A DNA stretch of 61,435 bases, counting the filler, from Collodictyon triciliatum (Eukaryota): assembly GCA_043381765.1 (NCBI GenBank). It is 9 parts of 9 records of this genome, joined end to end, with 100 filler letters (N's around TTAATTAATTAA, not from the genome) between each part and the next. Parts side by side here need not be neighbours in the genome. Positions count along the whole stretch, not along the records: positions 47,865 to 54,600 come from JBHJMP010004281.1; positions 54,701 to 61,435 come from JBHJMP010004283.1; 7 more parts are not named here. The stretch is one strand, 5' to 3'. The notes beneath the pieces were generated by a model. The model made no database searches. It was not told the origin of the DNA and was given only the letters and a program-made list of their open reading frames with translations. A program made the position numbers and the translations under genes. This document shows positions 54,101-61,435 of this stretch, in pieces (the stretch's first letter is position 1; each line of letters starts with the position of its first letter).

Positions 54101-54700
54101 AAACCAGCATAACTTCTCCAGCATAGGCATTAGCGAAACCGGCAAGAATATTGTATATTATTTTTTGCAGACTCCGAAGAAATGTTCCTTTATTTTTTGA
54201 ATCAGCAACTACAGTATTACTCAAAATTTTGGAAACATAATTAATGAATTATCCATTCTAATAGTCCGAAGATATTCATCCGTTCAACTTGACTCCTTGA
54301 ATCTCAAAATTATACTTTAATCAACCAGATTCAGTTATGACACATGTTTGGGAAAATCTCTACAGGTATTTTTATGACTAAATAAACGCTAGATTCTGAT
54401 ACTTAACATCTCAGTTAATTTTTACCTTTACTTTTCATAAGGCGTAAATGATATTGAATGATGTATGAATTAAGAATAGCCAAATTGGAAAAATCAATCA
54501 TGAGTTAATTTCAACAATATTAAAGGGGGTTTCATTGATACAAAAAAAATATCTATATGATTAATACAATATTTTCGACCTTTTTTTTTATTCTTCCATT
54601 NNNNNNNNNNNNNNNNNNNNNNNNNNNNNNNNNNNNNNNNNNNNTTAATTAATTAANNNNNNNNNNNNNNNNNNNNNNNNNNNNNNNNNNNNNNNNNNNN

Positions 54701-54855
54701 TATTTATTTTTATTATTTATTTTTATTATTTATTTTTATTATTTATTTTTATTATTTATTTTTATTATTTATTTTTATTATTTATTTTTATTATTTATTA
54801 TTTATTATTTATTATTTATTATTTATTATTTATTATTTATTATTTATTATTTATT
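54701..54855. repeat. (TTATTTATTT/TTATTTA)n AT-rich repeat at segment start
   Basis: Direct reading of the sequence. Confidence 0.85.
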
Positions 54856-54893
54856 GTGAGTAAATTAGAGTAAAGATACTAAACTATGTACAG

Positions 54894-56713
54894 AAAATCC
54901 GATCCAAATTATTCAGAAGAAGATGTCACACGAACAAGAAAGACATACGAAGAAAAGGTTCCTTGAGATGTCTTTTTTTCTTTTTCTTTTTTTTTCTTTG
55001 TTTTCTTTGTTTTCTTTGTTTTCTTTGTTTTCTTTGTTTTTTGTTTTTGTTTTTGTTTTTGTTTTTGTTTTTGTTTTCTTTTTATTTGTTTGTTTTTTAA
55101 GATTATCCATAAAGGAGTTTCAAGAAAAAAATAATTCAAGAAAATTCTTAAAGATTACAAAACTTGAGAAATCGATTCGACATCATGAATCTGAGTATTC
55201 AAAGCTTGCATCGATTAGCTCCAAAAATAAAGAGAGAATTTCTCATTTACAAGTATGCAATTAAGTTCTGGATATTTATTTTTCCTAGGCATGCGAATAG
55301 CCATAATCTTGTCTAATCATGAATATTTAGGTATCTTCTCATTTGTAACATGTAATATCTAATACTGATTAATCTCGTTCTTATGAAACAGAAAGAGCTT
55401 GATGACATGAAGAAACAAAGAGTGAGATGGTTTATTTGGTTCATCTTTAAATGCACCCTATAATATCGTTTATTGTTATAGTTTTGATTCCATGTTCTTC
55501 CCAATTAAAATGTTTCAGGTTCAGTACATGAAAAAATTTCAAGAGGAATCTAGCGGAAGAAAGAAAGATAGTATTGTCTATAACAAGGTGTTAATCTTTA
55601 TGATTTTTTTCATTTACAACCTGCCAGGTAAAAAGAATAATAAACTGATACGAATTGGCGATATACTCCCCACACACATTATAATGCACATCAATTTAAT
55701 TTACTAAGCTGCTCACTACATATCTTTTGACTAGAAAATCCGAAAACTCTTGTCAGACGACGCTAAAAAAGTCTCGATTATTAAGAAGTTAGAAGAACAA
55801 AGAAGCAAACAACAATTAGTAATTCAGGTCTTTTTTTTATCATTCCCATGGCCACGCTTTTATTTTATTATTGCTATTTTACTATTGCTATTTTGTTTTT
55901 TTTTTTATGATTTTTTGGATTTTTTAATTTTTTTTGTAAGGAAATATGATGAACGTAGCCATGTTTTTTTGTTTACCTCAGTAACTACGCATAATAAATC
56001 AAACCACTTGGAGGTTTTTTCTTTCAGTATCAATATTTAACGGACCCTTTTTTTTTAAAATTTGGATCAACTATGAATAAGAGAAAAATACGTTGTAGAG
56101 AAGAAATGAAGAACTTGCATCGTTGCACAGAAGAAGCAGGGTTAGGATCACCGAAAAAGGGAGCTTAAAAATTTCAGAACAGAAGGCCATCTACTCCTTT
56201 AAAGAATTTGAGAATATGATCGAGCGGTAAACAGCATACCTTCTCCTTTTCCGATTATGTTTTTATTTTATCTCTTTTTTTAATCGTGTTCAGCGATCAT
56301 CAATATGAGCATATCATGTAAAATTTGTTTGATAAAGATTTAATTGTAATATTGTTTATATGTATGAATATATAAAAAGGTCTTTGGAGTCTAGCCTCCA
56401 AAGAACCCTACTTGCGCAACAACTCCGAGAGGATATTCGAATTAGAGGTCGCGTTGCTTCTGAAATTCAGAGATGCAAGTCTGTATACTCTCTTCAAAGA
56501 GAGTCGTATACCTCACCCCTTCAAGAAGATAGGTATTTAAAAAATAGCATACTTATGAAGTTTATCATAAGTTTAGTTACCAAATTAAAATTGTATAGCG
56601 GGAAGGAAGACGAATCTTTGGATGATCGGGTTGAGGCTCTCGAGTGTGAGCTGTCGTACAGAAATCAGCAGATCGAACAGATTCAAGTCAATACATCTGA
56701 CACTAACATATTC

Positions 56714-56808
<95 letters not shown>

Positions 56809-59800
56809 GGAATTTTCATACAGATTAATTTTATGGTAAAATGTGAACTCAAAAAGAATTTTTATCAGAATATGATATCCGGAATACCAAACGATGAAGA
56901 GCTGCTCAACATTCTTGACAGTGTCTCTGAGTCTATGAGCAAGAGCATGTGCACCAAATTATATCGACAGATCGTTACAGAGCGAGTCCATATCGACCAA
57001 GCGAGCAAGCAAATTCAAACCCTCCAGCGCGAGTTATCTCTAGCAAAAGAAAAAGTGTTCGATGCCGAGGAGGCAAGTATATTGTACGCAAATGTGTGAA
57101 AGCCTATTGCTTAAAGTTGCATGGTACTTCTATGTTTTCTTGATAGTACGTCTTTATTTTTATTTCAGTATTTTACCTTTTAAATTTTGGCTCTTTTTTT
57201 TTACATCAAATGGCCTCGTCTCTTTCATCACAAGTGTCGTATTATCAAATAGACTATCCACCAAATGAGACTTAAGTGCGATATCACCGTGCTTGGAATG
57301 GTCAGGGAGCAACAAGATAAATCAGTTATTCTTGCTACGAGACTGGAGTCTTCAATTCCGGAGTCCCAGGTATCGACATCATCTAAGCTGATAACACCCA
57401 TAAATTCCATATCGAATTAAAGGGTAGATGGTAGCTTATTTTGAATGCAAGAGCATCAGTTCGTCTATTTTGAATTTACCGTATTGTTACAATCGCATTA
57501 TAGGTTGAGGTTGTAAAAAAAGAAATCAAATCTCTATACAAATACCAGGTAATGACGCTGCATAGTTTTGATATTGTGTCTTCGCTATCTTCTTCCTTTT
57601 TAAAAAAAAAAAATCTAAGGGTACCGCATGTAGAAAAAATTGAAAAAGATTCATGAGGAGAAGCAACTGGAAGTGTCTGTTGAACAGAATCAGAGACAGC
57701 ACGACATAAAAATTCTATCGACAGAAAATGCAAAATTGCAAGAGAAATTTGCAGAGATAACAAAGGTTTTTCAATATTCTGAATGGAATAAGCACTCCTT
57801 TCAATATAAAAAAAACCAAAAATTAGAAATCAATCGGAATATCCATTGATTTTATTGTGTCCTAACCATGCAGGAATTCGAAGTTCTTAAGCAAAGGAGT
57901 AAAAAAAAGCCTGAATTGACTCCTCGTCCTCACGAAGTCCCTGTTGAGGATATTGGTACAGATGGATTAAGTAATGAAGATGATGATGGCGATTTTATTG
58001 TGTCAACACCAGGAACTACCCCGATACGCGTGGTAAAAGTGGATTTAGAGAATGATGGTTCTGATGGAGAGCATCAATCACCCATCGTTTCGAACACAGA
58101 AAAGTATCTGACCGTTTACAATTGATTTTTTTTTCTTTTTCTATTCTTTCCCTTTTTCATAACTCACTTTTGATTTGACATTTAATCAAACGAAGCTTAT
58201 TTTCGTTCATGTCTTATGGCCATAAAGGCTAATATCTGTATTTCGAGATGTATAGTCTTACCACCAATTACGTTTTTTTTTTTTATTCTCACTAATTAAA
58301 AAAAAAAATAGCCCTGGTCCCACAAATGTCTTTACAAGGCTTACGGACCGCGGCAGCTTTACGGGGATTCATAGAGAAATTCATTCAACCGGTGTACCTC
58401 AAAAGAGAGATGGTACCATCTCACATACAAACACAAAGTCAGAATTCGTCGAAAATTGTCTCTTCAAAGGGTACTTTAAAAAAAGAACTAAATAATTGTC
58501 GCAAAAATTTCTTAATGTGATGGGATTGGGAAAATATCATATCTCTTTTGGCCGCTGATTTCAGTTATCGCATTTATTACAATCCCCTTTTATATTTTAT
58601 TTATGAAACCCCCAGGTATCAATTTGAGGCAGCCGAGAAATCAGTGAATCATCATGATGGGATTATCACCCACATCAGTGCAGCAGAGAATGCTATCTAT
58701 ACAGCATCCAATGACAAAAAGATCTTTTGCTGTGATATCCAAAGACCAAATTTGAGGACAAAAGTTGTGGAGCATTCTGATTTAATTCGGTCTGTTTGCT
58801 TCAATAAAAAAAAAAAAAATTGAATTATTTGATTTATCGATGTACATTGGCTATATCACACTCCATCTCACGTAATAGGAAACCTTGTCTATTTTTTTAA
58901 AAAAAAAAACCATCATTCTTTTTTATTGATGAGGAAGCTATTATCTCCATTTCGCTTCAGGTCGATGATTACAGTATCCAAAGCACAAACCCTCGGCGAC
59001 AGGTCAGATTGTTATAGTCCTGCTGCGGATTTACTTGTATATGGTTCTAAGGATAAAACAATACGAATTTTTGACCTTAAATCTGGACAAGCCGTCCATA
59101 CGCTACAAGGACACCGCGGAGAGGTCAGGCTTATTAGATGGACGAGGGGGGGTTACAATATACTTTCATTATTATAAAAATTGCAGTAATAAGGTTTAGA
59201 AGACCCAAAATTGAGGGTTTAGTATTGTAATCTACTCTGATTATTTAATTTTAAAGTATAATGACGATTACAAAGGTCACTTCGCTTCTATTCACTGGCT
59301 CTAAAAGCGGAATTGAAACTCTCATAAGTGGTGGAGAGGACGCCTGTATTCGAGTTTGGGATATAAGAATGCTGCACGCACCAAAGCAAAAGTAGTCACT
59401 AAAAAAAAAAACCGAATAATATATCGCATAGTTTGGTTTCAGTCTTTCAATAGATAATCTTTGGCGATTGCATGTGATATATAGAATACTATCTGGACAT
59501 CGAGGTTCAATATTCTCTTTAAAGATGTCAGAGGATGAAGAAATTTTATACAGCGCATCGCGTGACCACTACGTACGCTCGTGGGGCTTGGCAGACGCTC
59601 GTCATTCAGAATCACGCATGTTTGAACCGCCTCATTATGATAGGTTCTTGTCTTATTCACATAAACCGACGTCGTTTGCTATGTGCTATGCGAGTTTTTA
59701 CACAAGAATCGAGTGTTTTTTTTTGTTAGAAAAAAAAAGTCAAGAGTACGTAGTTAATTTACTATAGAAGATATGATAATATTGTTTAAAGACCCCGCTC

Positions 59801-60379
59801 ACAATTATCAATAATGCCTTCTGAACTCGATTATGTTTCATTTTAGTGTTAGTGCACTCTCCCTGGTCGGAAACAAGCTTTATAGTGGCTCTCGCGATGG
59901 AACCATAAATACTTGGTCTTTGCCAGACGGCTCCAAATCAAAAGCCCAAAAAGCGCATGCTGACTGGGTTCAAGCCCTCGTTTCCATCCCATCGGCAAAC
60001 ATATTGGTTAGTGCGTGTAGAGACAAAGAGGTAAGTTAATGCTTTGAATAATATATTCTTTCAGTTTCTATTTGTATCTATGTTTGTTTATTCTTTTCGG
60101 TAATTAATGTTCGTATTGCCCAACGAGCGGATGTATCCATCTACTTTGCAAATTTTCACTAGAAAAAGAAATCACATAACTCTACTGCAAATTTATTTAT
60201 TTTGTATTTATATTTTGGATCATTAGATTCGATTATGGTCTACAACAAATTGGGAATTTTCCACTCTGGTCGGTCATACGAGCAGTGTTAACTGTCTGTC
60301 TGTCTCTAAATCGTTTGTGGCGAGTGGAGGTTCCGATCGTTCCTTGATTATATGGCGATTCAGAGAGAAATCTTTTTGA
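54894..60379 (+). CDS. Kinesin-4 KIF21-like protein: coiled-coil stalk and C-terminal WD40 propeller (motor exons not in this segment)
   Basis: Stalk YEEKITKLE...KELDDMKKQRVQYMKKFQEES...IKKLEEQRSKQQLVIQRK resembles KIF4/KIF21. About 7 WD repeats follow (GSKDKTIRIFD, GHRGEV, GGEDACIRVWD, ASRDHYVRSW, EPPHYD, GSRDGTINTWS, AHADWVQAL, GGSDRSLIIWR*). Confidence 0.8.
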
Positions 60380-60677
60380 AATAAAACCAAGAAGAGGCTG
60401 CGTCTGTATCATCGGTTCCTTTGAAAATGTCATTATATGCAGATCCATTTTTCTTCAGCGCACTATGTTTTTCATTTGTATATTCGTAAGAAAACCAGAT
60501 GCGCGGATATAATACCAATTTCCCGATAACCCCCTTCATACCTTCCGAATTGGCCGCGTAGAAAAGAATGTGAATCATCTTTGAGAATCTCCCACCATAT
60601 AAAAATGAATCAGCCATTCGATCATATGTGATAAGCGGACAAAGAAAAATAATGGGACTGTGATTTTCTGTTGTATC

Positions 60678-60770
60678 TTTGATTTTTCTTTGATTTTTCT
60701 TTGATTTTTCTTTGATTTTTCTTTGATTTTTCTTTGATTTTTCTTTGATTTTTCTTTGATTTTTCTTTGA
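60678..60770. repeat. (TTTGATTTTTC)n minisatellite
   Basis: Tandem 11-bp unit. Confidence 0.9.
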
Positions 60771-61435
60771 ATGTGAGACGCATCTTCTACGAAAGATATT
60801 ATTGTTAATCTGTATTAATATACACAAGAAACTATGGAATTCCCCTAGGTAACTCACAGAAATGTAAAGCATCATAAATCTGAAGCATTTTATATACATT
60901 CGAATATTAATATATGGGCAAGCCGCACAAAAAGCACAAAAAACCGAAATCAAGAACTAAACACTCCTCCCTAACATACTATTGTCCACATATAGATATT
61001 GTTAGGAACAAATTATGTATATCCACACGAACACACAATATAAATTCCACATATGTTGCAGACCACACAAAGCCGAGATTCCAATCAGAGTTTCCTGCAC
61101 AACAGCATCACAGGCGCATGTGTTTGATGAATCAGCCACGAATGAGAACAGCTGATCATCACTTCAAGGCAGGCGGTTCAACGGGTGAGTGTGAGTGAAA
61201 GAGAAAGAGAGCAAACCCTAGCAACCCAGAAAAGTGTAATTGATAGAAGTTTTTCTCTGCAGTTCTATCTCTTCCCTTTCTCTTGCCCTCTTTTCTCCCT
61301 CCCTCCCCACCTTTTTTTCCCTATCGCGCAAGGAACGCGACTGTCGTGCGGGTCACGTTTTACGAAAATAAGGAACTTGGTTTTGCTCCGTGTGGCTCTT
61401 CAACGCGCTTTTAACGTCACGCAGCTAGATCAGCT

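Overview
AT-rich, intron-dense eukaryotic (protist-like) nuclear DNA read with the standard code. The window is not one locus. Eight identical 100-bp spacers (44 N + TTAATTAATTAA + 44 N) join nine segments of about 6.7 kb in almost perfectly decreasing length order, so adjacency across spacers is probably artificial. Spliced by eye, it contains genes for a Ca-binding mitochondrial ATP-Mg/Pi carrier (SCaMC), TMEM97/EXPERA, a terminal polyubiquitin unit, tRNA-Ile(AAU), RNF25 (RWD+RING), a 59-aa complex III subunit QCR10, an HMG-box protein, a synergin-gamma-like protein, an SLC35F5/Thi74-like transporter, membralin and a KIF21-like coiled-coil/WD40 protein. It also carries many microsatellites and decayed non-LTR retrotransposon fragments. 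The most interesting signal is an NLR-like DUF4062-NACHT-TPR family. One apparently intact member has each 42-aa TPR on its own symmetric 126-nt exon with variable repeat positions. A second member is a pseudogene cut by a LINE fragment.
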